The notes beneath the pieces were generated by a model, which was not told the DNA's origin, made no database searches, and saw only the letters and a program-made list of their open reading frames with translations. Below are positions 31,800 to 42,273 of a stretch of 64,000 nt of DNA, piece by piece. A program made the translations under genes and the position numbers. This DNA comes from Longimicrobiales bacterium (GTDB lineage Bacteria > Gemmatimonadota > Gemmatimonadetes > Longimicrobiales > Gaopeijiaceae): the NCBI GenBank assembly GCA_965248195.1, contig CBDFIQ010000002.1:960001-1024000 (forward strand). Direction: 5' to 3'. Each line of letters begins with the position of its first letter. Position 1 is the stretch's first letter.

Positions 31800-32797
31800 T
31801 GGTACCGGCAGTCACCCCAGCGATCGAGGAGGAGCGATCCGCGCTTCCGGTCGTTCCCTCGGCTCGATACCTGGTCACCGGTGGCGCCGGCTTCATCGGG
31901 TCGAACCTGGTGGAAGCCCTCGTTCAGGAAGGGGCGAGCGTCCGCGTGCTCGATGATTTTTCGACGGGAACCGCGGAGAACCTGGACGGACTCCTCGGCG
32001 ACATAGAGCTCGTCGAAGGATCGATCACCAATCCGGTCACGTGCGAATCCGCGTGCGAAGGGATCGACTTCGTGCTCCACCAGGCGGCGCTACCCTCGGT
32101 GCCACGAAGCGTGGCGAATCCTGAAGCTACGCACGAAGCGTGTGCGACGGGAACTCTGAACATGCTGGTCGCCGCCCGCGACGCGGGGGCGGGACGGTTC
32201 GTGTATGCGGGCTCGAGCTCCGCTTACGGAGACACGCCCACGCTCCCCAAGGTCGAGAGCATGCCGGCGCTTCCGCGCTCGCCCTATGCGGTCGCCAAGC
32301 TGGCCGGTGAGCATTACTGCAAAGCGTTCAGCCTGATCTACGGCTTCGAGGCCGTGGTACTGCGCTACTTCAACATCTTCGGCCCGCGCCAGGACCCGGC
32401 GTCCCAGTATTCTGCGGTGATTCCGCTCTTCATCACGAAGGCGCTCGGGGGGGAAGCCCCGACCATCGACGGAGATGGCGAGCAGACGCGGGACTTCACC
32501 CACGTGGAGAATGCCGTCCGGGCGAACCTGCTGGCGTGTACGGCCGATGCGGCCGCGGTGTCCGGGGAGATGTTCAACGTGGGATGCGGGGAGCGTATTT
32601 CGGTCAATCGGTTGTGGGAAGCGATTCAGAGGGCCACCGGGGCCCGGGTAGAGGCGCTCCATGGGCAGGAAAGGGAAGGGGACGTGCGCGATTCTCTCGC
32701 CTCCCTGGGCAAGATCCAGCGCCACATGGGTTATGAAGTGACGGTGCCCTTGGCCGAAGGGATCCGCGGGACCGTCGAATGGCTGAAGGGGTCGTAG
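31796..32797 (+). CDS. UDP-GlcNAc(A) 4-epimerase (WbpP/TviC-like)
   Basis: [44 protein letters not shown]. Confidence 0.9.
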   Translation: MMVPAVTPAIEEERSALPVVPSARYLVTGGAGFIGSNLVEALVQEGASVRVLDDFSTGTAENLDGLLGDIELVEGSITNPVTCESACEGIDFVLHQAALPSVPRSVANPEATHEACATGTLNMLVAARDAGAGRFVYAGSSSAYGDTPTLPKVESMPALPRSPYAVAKLAGEHYCKAFSLIYGFEAVVLRYFNIFGPRQDPASQYSAVIPLFITKALGGEAPTIDGDGEQTRDFTHVENAVRANLLACTADAAAVSGEMFNVGCGERISVNRLWEAIQRATGARVEALHGQEREGDVRDSLASLGKIQRHMGYEVTVPLAEGIRGTVEWLKGS

Positions 32798-32828
32798 GGA
32801 CCCCCCAAGCCGTCAAGGCAGCGGCGTT

Positions 32829-33329
32829 TTACCCGCCTATCGTAAAGAGGAAACCGCCCTTGAAGATCAACGATTCGGTGCCATCGGAGAAATTCAGAAC
32901 GGCCTCCAAAAACGGCCGCCCCTGACCACTGGGGTTGAACGTCATTCCGCCCTTCACATTGAGGCCGGCGTCCGACACCGCGTCGAACCCTTCCGTAGAA
33001 GCTCTCGCCCACGAGATGCCACCTCCGATATAGGGCTCCACCGATTCGGCCTCCAACTGGTACTGCACGTCGAGGTTCAGGACGAGGAACGATCTGTTCA
33101 GCCCGCTCCCGGTGTCGTCTATACCAGGATAGAACTCAAATCCCGGGTTCAGCGTGACGGGAGACGACCCAAGGTGGATCCGCGACATGGCGCCGAGAAG
33201 GAGTTCGTCGTTCTGGAGGTTCACCCCGAGATACGGGCCCAACTCCCACGGGGCCTGGGCCTGCACCGGCGGAGCCGCGACGAGCGCGACCAGGAATAGT
33301 GCACAAAAGGCGGTACGGAGGGTCTTCAT
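32829..33329 (-). CDS. Small outer-membrane beta-barrel protein
   Basis: Signal peptide (AQA), amphipathic strands, PYIGGG, aromatic-rich C-terminus. Confidence 0.75.
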   Translation of the reverse strand: MKTLRTAFCALFLVALVAAPPVQAQAPWELGPYLGVNLQNDELLLGAMSRIHLGSSPVTLNPGFEFYPGIDDTGSGLNRSFLVLNLDVQYQLEAESVEPYIGGGISWARASTEGFDAVSDAGLNVKGGMTFNPSGQGRPFLEAVLNFSDGTESLIFKGGFLFTIGG

Positions 33330-33393
33330 GCGGCGATCCTCGAGGTTCGGGAAGTTGCTGTGCTACTCCCTTGTCTAATTGCGTTTTGGGAGC

Positions 33394-34769
33394 GGTCAAG
33401 TCCCGATTTGTGTGTAAAAGCGGAGGAAGCTCCTCGCCTTCGGCTAGGCTGCTTGGGCGACCTCCTGTTTCTGGAGGAGTGAGAGGTCGAGGTAACGCCG
33501 GTCGCCCCAGACGTGTGTGGTCCTGAGTGCGACGGCCGTGATGAGCCTGAGGGCGCTGGCCCGGTCCGGGAAGGCGCCGGCGGCCTTGATCCTGCGTTTG
33601 ATCTCGCCGTGCAGCCGCTCGAGGCTGTTGGTGGTACGCAGCCGGGGCCAGTGCGCCTCGGGGAACGCGTAGAACTGCGTCGCTGCCCCGAAGCCCCGCT
33701 CCAGGACCTCCACGGCCTCGGGCAGCTCCTTCTTCCAGCGTGCGCCGAACTCGCCCAGGAGCTTCTTCGCCTCGGCGAGTCCGGATGTCTGGAAGATCAC
33801 CGAGACCTCACGCGCCACGCGCTTGCGTAGGCGGTGGGGGACCCTCGCCCCCACATTACGCTGCAGATGGACCGTACACCTCTGACGGCGTGCCTCGGGC
33901 AGGAAGCGGCGGACCGCAGCTGCCAGGCCTGCGTGCTCATCGGCGATCACGAGCTCGACACCGCCGAGGCCGCGGTCCTGGAGTTGCTCGAGGAGCTCCG
34001 ACCAGCTCTGCTGCGACTCCTCAGCGCCCAGCGTGACGGCCAGGAGCCGTCGGTGACCCTCAGGGCCCACTGCATACGCCACGAGCGCACTCACGTTCTC
34101 GACTTTGCGGGCCCAGCGGGCGTCCAAGAACGTGGCGTCCAGGTACAGATAGGGGTGAGGCCCCTCGATCGGCGCACGGCGCAGCCCTTCCACGGCCTCG
34201 TCGAGCCGTTTTGCCACACGACTCACCGTCGAGCGCCCAACACGCTCGCCCATCAGCGCCTCGGTGACGTCGCCCATCTTGCGCTGTGACACGCCGCTCA
34301 CATACGCCTCGACCATCATCTCGTCGAGCTCGGGGCTCCTGCGCTGGTAGCGGCCGATCACGTCGGCCGGCGAACCGTTGTCCCGGCTCCGGGGCATGGC
34401 GACCTCGATCTGCCCCAGGCTCGTCAGCAGCCGCCTCAGGTATGTGCCGTTCCTATGGTCCTTCCGGCTTCCCACCCGCTCGAAGCGGCGTGCACCTACC
34501 ATGGCCTTCAGCTCCTCTTCCAGCACCATCTCGAGCGTCAGCCGGATCGCGCCTTGAAACAGCTCGCGCAAATCATCGCGTAGCTCGTCTTGCGTGGCCC
34601 GACCGATCTCCACAATCTCTTGCATCGGAAGCTCCTCTCCGGTTCCGAGCCTGCTCTGCAGACCCGGACTCCCGGGTTCATGTGACAGTGAACAACAACA
34701 GAGGAGCTTCCGTTTTTCTTTCCCTCCTGTCCAGCTTATCCGCTTTTACACAAATCTAGGGACACTACC
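33394..34769 (-). mobile_element. IS256-family insertion sequence, 1376 bp, 8-bp target duplication TTGGGAGC
   Basis: Imperfect IRs GGTCAAGTCCC..TGTGTAAAAGCGGA and GGTAGTGTCCC..TGTGTAAAAGCGGA; TTGGGAGC at 33386-33393 and 34770-34777. Confidence 0.95.
33444..34625 (-). CDS. IS256/Mutator transposase
   Basis: RNG, YLYLDA, VIADEHAGL, QRCTVH, RTTNSLERLHGEIKRR. Confidence 0.95.
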   Translation of the reverse strand: MQEIVEIGRATQDELRDDLRELFQGAIRLTLEMVLEEELKAMVGARRFERVGSRKDHRNGTYLRRLLTSLGQIEVAMPRSRDNGSPADVIGRYQRRSPELDEMMVEAYVSGVSQRKMGDVTEALMGERVGRSTVSRVAKRLDEAVEGLRRAPIEGPHPYLYLDATFLDARWARKVENVSALVAYAVGPEGHRRLLAVTLGAEESQQSWSELLEQLQDRGLGGVELVIADEHAGLAAAVRRFLPEARRQRCTVHLQRNVGARVPHRLRKRVAREVSVIFQTSGLAEAKKLLGEFGARWKKELPEAVEVLERGFGAATQFYAFPEAHWPRLRTTNSLERLHGEIKRRIKAAGAFPDRASALRLITAVALRTTHVWGDRRYLDLSLLQKQEVAQAA

Positions 34770-34866
34770 TTGGGAGCGTGTCAACAATCATGGAATAGCT
34801 CCCTCAGCACGTACCCACTTTCGGTCCCCACGGATCCCGGCTCAAGTTTTGCGGTACATTGCTCTC

Positions 34867-35835
34867 ATGAACTACCGAACCGGCGCCAAATGTTTATCAC
34901 CCACGAGCCTCGTCCTCGGCTGCGTGATCATCGCCTCGACGCTGCTCAGCGCCTGCGCTGCGGGTAGTGGAGACGAGTCCTCCATACTCCGGGGCGACGA
35001 AGCCTCCGCGCGGGGTGACCTGGACGCGGCCCTGGCCGAGTACAGGCTCGCGGTGCGGCGGGGCTCAGACGACGCCCCGGCGCTGGCTCGTGTGGCGCAT
35101 ACGTATGCGGAGATGGGGCGTATCGACGAAGCCGGCGATTTCTATCATCAGGCCGTGGAAGAAGATCCGGGCTTCGCGGACCAGGCGGTTTCCGACATGG
35201 TACGTTTAGCCCGTGCCGCCCGGGACCGAGACGACCTCTTCGGGCTCGCGTCCGCGATGGAAACCGCGATGTCGTTCCGACCGGGCATCACGATGCAAGA
35301 CATGGCCTTGCCTCTCGCACGCCACTACTTCAGGAGCGGCGAGTACGCCACGGCGCTCCCCTACTATCAGTCCTCGATCGCGGGCATGGAGGGGGACACC
35401 ATCCCCGACGTGGTGTTCGAGGCGGCCTCCGCCTATGACGAGGTCGGGGATTGTCGGCGGGCGCTCCTCTACTACGAGGAATACCGGACGCTGATCCGGC
35501 GCTATCAGCGTGGTGAGGTCGATTGGAAGATCGGCAGTTGCTCGCTTCGCCTGGCGCAGGAACTGCGATCCGTCGGTGGGGACGAAGAGGCGTTGGCCCA
35601 CATCGAGCGCACGATCACACTGGGCGAGCCCCGGAGCCTGCAGGCGGTGGCGTACTTCGAGATCGGCGAGATCCTCTCCGACCTGGGCCGGTGCGAGGAC
35701 GCCATGGATGCGTTCCTCCAAGTCCGTCGTGCGGACCAGACGGGCACGAGCCCCCTGGTAGATCGGGCCCAATGGCGGTACGACGAGCTCCGGTTCGTCG
35801 GGCCCACGGGTGGCGGACTCGGTGCAGGCTGTTAG
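34867..35835 (+). CDS. TPR-repeat lipoprotein
   Basis: Lipobox LSAC followed by TPR helices; likely start ATG 34867 (the upstream ORF extension lies inside the IS). Confidence 0.75.
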   Translation: MNYRTGAKCLSPTSLVLGCVIIASTLLSACAAGSGDESSILRGDEASARGDLDAALAEYRLAVRRGSDDAPALARVAHTYAEMGRIDEAGDFYHQAVEEDPGFADQAVSDMVRLARAARDRDDLFGLASAMETAMSFRPGITMQDMALPLARHYFRSGEYATALPYYQSSIAGMEGDTIPDVVFEAASAYDEVGDCRRALLYYEEYRTLIRRYQRGEVDWKIGSCSLRLAQELRSVGGDEEALAHIERTITLGEPRSLQAVAYFEIGEILSDLGRCEDAMDAFLQVRRADQTGTSPLVDRAQWRYDELRFVGPTGGGLGAGC

Positions 35836-35838
35836 CGC

Positions 35839-36603
35839 GTGAGTCCCCGAAGGAAAAACACCGACGAGGGCTACGAGCGCCCTACAACGGGCCCCGGATC
35901 CCAAGCCCTGCACCCGTCGGTGCGGCAAGCGATCGCCTTCGGTAATGCAGCCTGGGACCAGGACGACTTCGCGGCTGCCTACCAGCACTTTCGCACGATC
36001 CTCCGGGACCATCCCAACTACGCCGACATACACAATCGGGCGGGGCTTTGCTTGGCCATGATGGGGGATCCAGAGGGTGCGCTCGAAGAGTTCGATGAGG
36101 CTCTGAAAATCAACGATTGCTTCTCCGAAGCCCTCCTGAACCGCGCCATCGTTCTCAACGACCTGAGCCGCTTCGATGAGGCCTCCGAGTGCTTCCATCG
36201 CGCCAGCGGCTTGGATCTCCGCGATGCCCGTGCGTTCCCATCCCACATGGGGAATCAACTCGCGAATGCGCACGCCAGAACCGGCGACCTCTACTTGGCG
36301 GCGGATCGGCCGGAAGAGGCGGCTGCCGAATACGCGGCCGCCGTCGAGGTCCGGCCCGGCTTCCTGGATCTTCAGTTCAAGCTCGCCGAGGCGTATATGG
36401 ACCTCGAAATGCTGGGCGAGGCTCGCGAGCACCTGGAGGAAATCCTGGTGAGGAATTCCGAATTCGCCGGCGCTCGCGTGCGATTGGGAGCCCTGCTCCT
36501 TCGGATGGGAGACAGGGTTGGAGCACGGCGGGAATGGGAACGCTGTGCCGAACAGAATCCCGACGACCGCCGCATTCAAGCCTACCTCGCTGCTCTGGAT
36601 TAG
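35839..36603 (+). CDS. TPR-repeat protein
   Basis: Canonical TPR units (HPNYADIHNRAG, EALLNRAIVL, PGFLDLQFKLA). Confidence 0.85.
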   Translation: MSPRRKNTDEGYERPTTGPGSQALHPSVRQAIAFGNAAWDQDDFAAAYQHFRTILRDHPNYADIHNRAGLCLAMMGDPEGALEEFDEALKINDCFSEALLNRAIVLNDLSRFDEASECFHRASGLDLRDARAFPSHMGNQLANAHARTGDLYLAADRPEEAAAEYAAAVEVRPGFLDLQFKLAEAYMDLEMLGEAREHLEEILVRNSEFAGARVRLGALLLRMGDRVGARREWERCAEQNPDDRRIQAYLAALD

Positions 36604-36707
36604 TAAGAACGCAGCCTTCCTCGGCCCATGGCCATCCCTCGGCGTTCCGACGAGCATCAGGGCCGTTTTTCACGAACCTGACCACGTTGGCGGTGTAAGC
36701 CAGACCC

Positions 36708-37448
36708 ATGAACGACGTTCGACGTGCGCTTATACTTTGTCTGGCCTCCTCCCTCTCCTTCGCCGCCTGCGGGGGAGCTCTGCCATTCCCCGGTCTCACG
36801 GCCGAGGAGGTCTTTGCTTTGGGGCTCCAGGCGAGGGAGCAAGAGAACTGGGCGGATGCGGCCGAGGCTTTCGAATACGTCCTCTTTTCACCGGGGTTCA
36901 ACCGCGCCGCCGAGGCGCGGCTCCTACTTGCCGAAGTGCAGTATTCGAACGGGCGCTATGTCGAATCCCGGAGCGAGTATCAGCGGGTGATCGACCGTTG
37001 GCCGGCCGACACCGTGGCGGTTCGAGCGGCGCTCGGGGTTTGCCGCTCACTCGCGAACCTGTCACCCATTACGCAGAGGGACCAAGCCTTCACCCGACAG
37101 GCCAGGCTCGCGTGCCGGCAGGTGGCGGGGGATTTCGCCGGGACGGTGATGGGACTCGAGGCCGGGCGGCTGGCAGACGAGATGACGATCAAGCTTGCCG
37201 AGCGGGATTACGACACGGGCCGCCACTACCTCAGGCGAGGTCTCTTGGACTCGGCGCTGCTCTACTTCGAAGAAGTGGCTTCTGAGTATCCGGAGACCGA
37301 ATGGGCCCCCTGGGCACTCTATCGAATGATCGACGCCTTCGGCCGGATCGGGTACCAAAGGGACGTCGAGGCGACGCGGGACCTGCTGCTCGACGCTTAC
37401 CCGGATTCGGAGCCGGCCCAGCTGCTGCTCGAAGATGGCGGCGCCTAG
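36708..37448 (+). CDS. bamD: Outer membrane protein assembly factor BamD
   Basis: Lipobox FAAC, TPRs, RDQ, KLAERDY..GRHY, YPET pattern. Confidence 0.85.
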   Translation: MNDVRRALILCLASSLSFAACGGALPFPGLTAEEVFALGLQAREQENWADAAEAFEYVLFSPGFNRAAEARLLLAEVQYSNGRYVESRSEYQRVIDRWPADTVAVRAALGVCRSLANLSPITQRDQAFTRQARLACRQVAGDFAGTVMGLEAGRLADEMTIKLAERDYDTGRHYLRRGLLDSALLYFEEVASEYPETEWAPWALYRMIDAFGRIGYQRDVEATRDLLLDAYPDSEPAQLLLEDGGA

Positions 37449-38055
37449 TCCGGAGATCCCTGAGAACCGCCCCGTCCGGCTCGGCGTGTTCGGGGGCACC
37501 TTCGATCCCCCTCATGTCGGCCACGTCGCAATAGCCCGGCAGCTTCGGGAGTCCGGGGCGCTTGACGAGATTCTCTGGATCCCAGCGAGATTTCCGCCGC
37601 ATAAACCTGTGAACCCGCTCACATCCCCCGAGCGCAGAATCGAAATGGTGCGTGCCGCGACCCACGGGGTTGCACTACAGAGTGTCAGCGATATCGAGCT
37701 CTTGAGGGAGGGACCGTCCTACACGGTAGATACGTTGAGGGCGCTCCGCTCGGAGCGCCCGGAGGCCACCCCGGTTCTCATCATGGGCGCCGATCAGTTC
37801 GTGGAGCTGGCGGGGTGGCACGAGGCGGAGGAAGTCGTTCGTCTCGCGGACGTGTGCGTGCTCCCGCGCGGCGGCGTCGAGCTCACTTCGGCCCTGCCGC
37901 GACTGAACGTGGTATGGAGTGCCGCGCATGTGCCGCCCGTCGATGTCTCCTCGTCGGGTGTGCGAAAGCGGGTCCGGGAAGGGCGGCCCTACCGGCATCT
38001 CGTGCCTGAGGGCGTGGCCGAGATAATTGAGCGGGAGAGTCTGTACATTGAATGA
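37435..38055 (+). CDS. nadD: Nicotinate-nucleotide adenylyltransferase
   Basis: GGTFDPPHVGH, PPHK, SYTVDT, MGAD, VSSS. Confidence 0.95.
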   Translation: MAAPSPEIPENRPVRLGVFGGTFDPPHVGHVAIARQLRESGALDEILWIPARFPPHKPVNPLTSPERRIEMVRAATHGVALQSVSDIELLREGPSYTVDTLRALRSERPEATPVLIMGADQFVELAGWHEAEEVVRLADVCVLPRGGVELTSALPRLNVVWSAAHVPPVDVSSSGVRKRVREGRPYRHLVPEGVAEIIERESLYIE

Positions 38056-38164
38056 GCGGGAGAGTCTGGCCGGCGGGTGACGGGCGAGTCTGTCCGTCGA
38101 GTAAGCTGATAAGGACGCCCGGATGCCGGGCCCACAATCACAACCTAGGCGGGATGACCTTTCA

Positions 38165-38383
38165 ATGATTTCACGTAGGCGGCACGCGATCAAAGCGGTG
38201 ACGTGGAGAGCCGTGGCGACTTCGGCCACCGTGCTCATCGCGTGGTGGGTGACCGGTGACTGGAGTGTCGGACTCGAGGTGGGCACGGTCGAGCTTTTCG
38301 TCAAGCTGCTCCTCTACTACCTGCACGAACGCTTTTGGTACAAGTTTGTTGGCTTGGGGGTAGGCGCGCAGCAAGCGGGATGA
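38165..38383 (+). CDS. DUF2061-like small membrane protein
   Basis: KAVTWR...YYLHERFW signature. Confidence 0.75.
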   Translation: MISRRRHAIKAVTWRAVATSATVLIAWWVTGDWSVGLEVGTVELFVKLLLYYLHERFWYKFVGLGVGAQQAG

Positions 38384-38432
38384 AACCGGTGTCTCCCAGG
38401 GGCACTCTCGGACGGGCGGTAATCTATTGAGC

Positions 38433-41400
38433 ATGCTGAAGGAGGTGGTAAAGAAAATCCTCGGTTCGCGGCACATCCGCGAGGCGAAGAAGCTCCAGCC
38501 GTTGGTCGACCGGATCAACGAGCTGTTCGAGGAATACCAATCGCTGTCCGAAGAGCAGCTCAAGGGTAAGACGGACGAATTCCGGGCGCACATCGCCGAG
38601 GCTACTGCTGAGATCAAGGACGAGATCGAAGAGCTTCGCGAAGAGAAGCGCCATTCCGAGGATCCGCTCAAGCGGCAGGAGCTGCAGGAAGCCCTGGCCG
38701 ATCTCGATGACCGGCTGGTGGAGAAAACCGGTGACATCCTCGAGGAAATCCTTCCAGCGGCGTTCGCGACCGTCAAGGAAACGTGCCGCCGTCTCCTCGA
38801 CACGACCGTGACGGTGACGGGCCAGACCCAGCCCTGGGACATGGTCCCGTACGACGTCCAGCTCATCGGTGCGATCGCGCTGCACAGGGGCAAGGTGGCC
38901 GAGATGGCGACGGGGGAGGGAAAGACCCTGGTGGCCACGATGCCGCTCTACCTCAACGCCCTCGTGGGCGAGGGCGTGCACCTTGTGACGGTCAACACGT
39001 ATCTGGCGCAGCGCGACGCAGAGTGGATGGGTTACATCTACAACTACCTCGGCCTCACCGTTGGTTGCATCGACAAGTACGAGCCGCACTCGCCGGAGCG
39101 GACCGCGGCCTACGCGTCGGACATCACCTACGGCACCAACAACGAATTCGGGTTCGACTATCTCCGAGACAACATGGTGCACGCCCTGGAGCAGCGGGTG
39201 CAGCGCCGGCACTGGTACGCGATCATCGACGAGGTGGACTCGATTCTCATCGACGAAGCGCGCACCCCCCTCATCATCTCGGGGCCGGTGGGCCGCGATA
39301 CCTCGACTCCCTTCAAGCAGTACAACACGGACGTAAGCAGGCTGTACAAGAAACAGACCCGCGTGGTGAGCACTCTCATCGCAGAGGCCGAAAAGGAGCT
39401 CGACGCCGGCAACGAGTTCGAGGCGGGGGAGAAGCTGCTGGCAGCCAAACGCGGGGGCCCGCGCAACAAGCGTCTTCTAAAGCTCTTCGCCGACGATCCG
39501 GGACTCCAGAGGCTCGTCCTCAAGGTCGAGGCCGACTACATGCGGGAGAAGCGCCTGTTTGAAATCGACGAACTGCTCTTCTTCGCGATGGATGAGAAAG
39601 GTCACGCCGTCTACCTTTCCGATGCGGGTCTTGACGAACTCTCGCCAGCGGACCCGGACGCCTTCGTAGTCCCGGACCTGTCGGAGGCCGTGGGCTCGGT
39701 CCAGGAGGACGAAGCGCTTTCGGTCGACGCGAGACGGGAGATGATGTCCAGGCTCGAGGCCGAGTACGCCGCCAAGAGCGAGAAAATCCACGTCATCCAT
39801 CAACTCCTCAAGGCGTACACCCTCTTCCAGAAGGACGAGAAGTACATCATCGGCGAGGGCGGCGAGATCGTAATCGTCGACGAGTTCACGGGTCGCCAGA
39901 TGTCCGGCCGGCGCTGGAGCGATGGGCTCCACCAGGCGGTAGAGGCCAAGGAAGGTGTGGAGATCAAGGGCGAGACCCAGACGCTCGCGACGATCACGAT
40001 CCAGAACTACTTCCGGATGTACGAGAAGCTGGCCGGGATGACCGGAACGGCCGAGACCGAAGAGACCGAGTTCCACCAGATCTACAAGCTCGACGTCTTC
40101 GTGATCCCGACCAACCGTCCGGTCATCCGCGACGACCGGGACGATCTGATCTTCCGCACCAAGGCAGAGAAGTATCAGGCGCTCATGGACGAAGTCGAGC
40201 GGCTACACAAGATGGAGCTGCCCGTTCTCCTGGGAACGACCAACGTCGAGATCTCCGAGACGCTGTCGCGGATGCTCAAGCGCCGGGGGGTCGTGCACAA
40301 CGTTCTAAACGCCAAGCAGCACAAGCAGGAGTCCGAGATCGTGGCGGAGGCGGGACGTGCGGGGGCCGTGACGATCGCCACGAACATGGCCGGCCGCGGA
40401 ACCGACATCAAGCTGGGCGAGGGTGTGGTCGAGGCCCGTAGTGTGGGGTGGGCGAGGGAGCGCGGCCTGGATCTCGAAGAACTGGTTCCGGTGGATCCCA
40501 CGCGGGAGATGGACTTCGAGAACAAACCCGACGACTACGTCATTCAGGTCGGTGGGCTTTACATCCTCGGCTCCGAACGGCACGAGTCCCGAAGGATCGA
40601 CCGTCAGCTTCGGGGCCGTTCCGGGCGGCAGGGCGATCCGGGGGCGTCTCAGTTCTTCATCTCGGTGGAGGACGACCTGATGCGGCTGTTCGTCGGTGAT
40701 CGTTTGGCGAACGCGATGGACAAGTTGGGTGCCTCGGAGGGTGAGGTGATCACGCACCCGCTGGTGACCCGCTCCATCGAGACCGCTCAGAAGAGGGTGG
40801 AGGGGAACAACTTCGAGTCGCGGAAGCGCTTGCTGGACTATGACGATGTGATGAACCAGCAGCGCGAGGTCATCTACGATCGCCGCCTCTTCGCCCTGGA
40901 GGGGGGAGAGGATCTGAAGGGCGAGATATGGGAGATGATCGAGCACACGGTGCAGTCCACCGTGGATGAGTACCTGGAGTCCGAGCACGATGAGGAATGG
41001 GATCTCGCTGGGCTCAAGAGGCGGATCTCACTGGACTACATCGCCTTGCTGCCAGACCTACCGGACGAAAATGGTGCAGAGCACGAGCTGGAGGTGCACG
41101 AGATTCAGCTGATGGCCGCGGACGCTGTTCACGAACAGTTCAACCGGAAGATCGACGGTTTCGGGGAGCACGCCGAGGGTGTCACCAGCTACATCATGCT
41201 CAGCGTCATCGACGGCAAGTGGAAGGATCACCTCTACGACCTGGATCATCTCAAGGCCTCGATCGGATTTCGGGGATGGGGACAGAAGGACCCGCTAGTC
41301 GAGTACAAGAAGGAGGCCTACGAGATGTTCGTGGACCTCATGAACGACCTTCGTGGGACGGTCGGCAACCTGCTCTTCAAGGCCCAACTCGGCCAGCCGC

Positions 41401-41768
41401 GCCAGCCCGTGCGCCAGCCTCAGAGGGTGCAGTACTCGGGCCCATCGGAGGACGGAGGCGTAAGCACCGGCGCGATCGCCCAGGCGGCCGCGGCAGCCGG
41501 TCGCACGCAGACGATGGGGAGTGGCGGTCGTGTGGACGACTTGGGTATGGCTCGGAGCGCGCGGGCGGAGGGAGCGGGTCGAGGGCGGACCGTCCCTCTG
41601 GGCTCCGTGGGCGGTGTGCCCTCACCGCAGGATCCGCGAGAGTTGGTCACCAACCGCGCGGAGGAGCGCGTCCGGGCGCCCGTGACCGCCACGAAGGAGC
41701 CGGGGCGGAATGAAGCGTGCCCTTGTGGGTCGGGCAAGAAGTACAAGAAGTGCCACGGGCGAGGGTAG
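38433..41768 (+). CDS. secA: Preprotein translocase ATPase SecA
   Basis: MATGEGKT, DEVDSILIDEARTP, NMAGRGTDI, RGRSGRQGDPG, C-terminal CPCGSGKKYKKCH. Confidence 0.98.
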   Translation: MLKEVVKKILGSRHIREAKKLQPLVDRINELFEEYQSLSEEQLKGKTDEFRAHIAEATAEIKDEIEELREEKRHSEDPLKRQELQEALADLDDRLVEKTGDILEEILPAAFATVKETCRRLLDTTVTVTGQTQPWDMVPYDVQLIGAIALHRGKVAEMATGEGKTLVATMPLYLNALVGEGVHLVTVNTYLAQRDAEWMGYIYNYLGLTVGCIDKYEPHSPERTAAYASDITYGTNNEFGFDYLRDNMVHALEQRVQRRHWYAIIDEVDSILIDEARTPLIISGPVGRDTSTPFKQYNTDVSRLYKKQTRVVSTLIAEAEKELDAGNEFEAGEKLLAAKRGGPRNKRLLKLFADDPGLQRLVLKVEADYMREKRLFEIDELLFFAMDEKGHAVYLSDAGLDELSPADPDAFVVPDLSEAVGSVQEDEALSVDARREMMSRLEAEYAAKSEKIHVIHQLLKAYTLFQKDEKYIIGEGGEIVIVDEFTGRQMSGRRWSDGLHQAVEAKEGVEIKGETQTLATITIQNYFRMYEKLAGMTGTAETEETEFHQIYKLDVFVIPTNRPVIRDDRDDLIFRTKAEKYQALMDEVERLHKMELPVLLGTTNVEISETLSRMLKRRGVVHNVLNAKQHKQESEIVAEAGRAGAVTIATNMAGRGTDIKLGEGVVEARSVGWARERGLDLEELVPVDPTREMDFENKPDDYVIQVGGLYILGSERHESRRIDRQLRGRSGRQGDPGASQFFISVEDDLMRLFVGDRLANAMDKLGASEGEVITHPLVTRSIETAQKRVEGNNFESRKRLLDYDDVMNQQREVIYDRRLFALEGGEDLKGEIWEMIEHTVQSTVDEYLESEHDEEWDLAGLKRRISLDYIALLPDLPDENGAEHELEVHEIQLMAADAVHEQFNRKIDGFGEHAEGVTSYIMLSVIDGKWKDHLYDLDHLKASIGFRGWGQKDPLVEYKKEAYEMFVDLMNDLRGTVGNLLFKAQLGQPRQPVRQPQRVQYSGPSEDGGVSTGAIAQAAAAAGRTQTMGSGGRVDDLGMARSARAEGAGRGRTVPLGSVGGVPSPQDPRELVTNRAEERVRAPVTATKEPGRNEACPCGSGKKYKKCHGRG

Positions 41769-41811
41769 AGGCTTCTTGGGCGGGGGTAGCGGCTCCTTTT
41801 TTGCGGGTGGA

Positions 41812-41904
41812 AGGGAGAGGAATCGAGGGTCCTCCTCCGGTCAGCGCTTCGCTCTACGGCTTCGCCGCAGACTGCCCTGCGGAGGACCCTCGATTCCTCT
41901 CCCT
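41812..41904. repeat. Structured palindromic element 1 (24-bp perfect stem around conserved core)
   Basis: Arms 41812-41835 and 41881-41904 are exact reverse complements. Confidence 0.9.
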
Positions 41905-42182
41905 CAAGCGTGCTCCCTGGAGCCGAACACCGCCCGCCCGGGCTTGTGAGGGGCTTTTGCGGGTCGGTGGGGATGAGCACCCGCCCCGCCCACGCTGAGG
42001 GGCTTTAGCGCGCAGCCGGGAATGACCTACACCGCCGAAGCCCATACTGAGTGGGACAGCGGGAATGACCTTTCCGCCGAAGCCCAGGCTGAGAGGGCCG
42101 TGCACGGTTGGTGGGCAGAGGCTACTGGCCCCGCCAACGTGCCCTGGAGCGCGGTTCCTTCGTGCCCCCCACATGCCGATGT

Positions 42183-42273
42183 GAAGAGGGGCTCACGGTC
42201 CCGAGGAGGGCAGTCTGCCGCCGCAGGCGGTAGAGCGAAGCGCTGACCGGAGCGGGACCGTGAGCCCCTCTTC
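42183..42273. repeat. Structured palindromic element 2 (21-bp perfect stem, inverted copy of the same core)
   Basis: Arms 42183-42203 and 42253-42273 are exact reverse complements; core matches element 1 on the opposite strand. Confidence 0.9.

Noticed and set aside
34594..34866. N-terminal extension of the TPR lipoprotein
   Set aside because: It lies within the IS256 end; the signal peptide begins near 34867.
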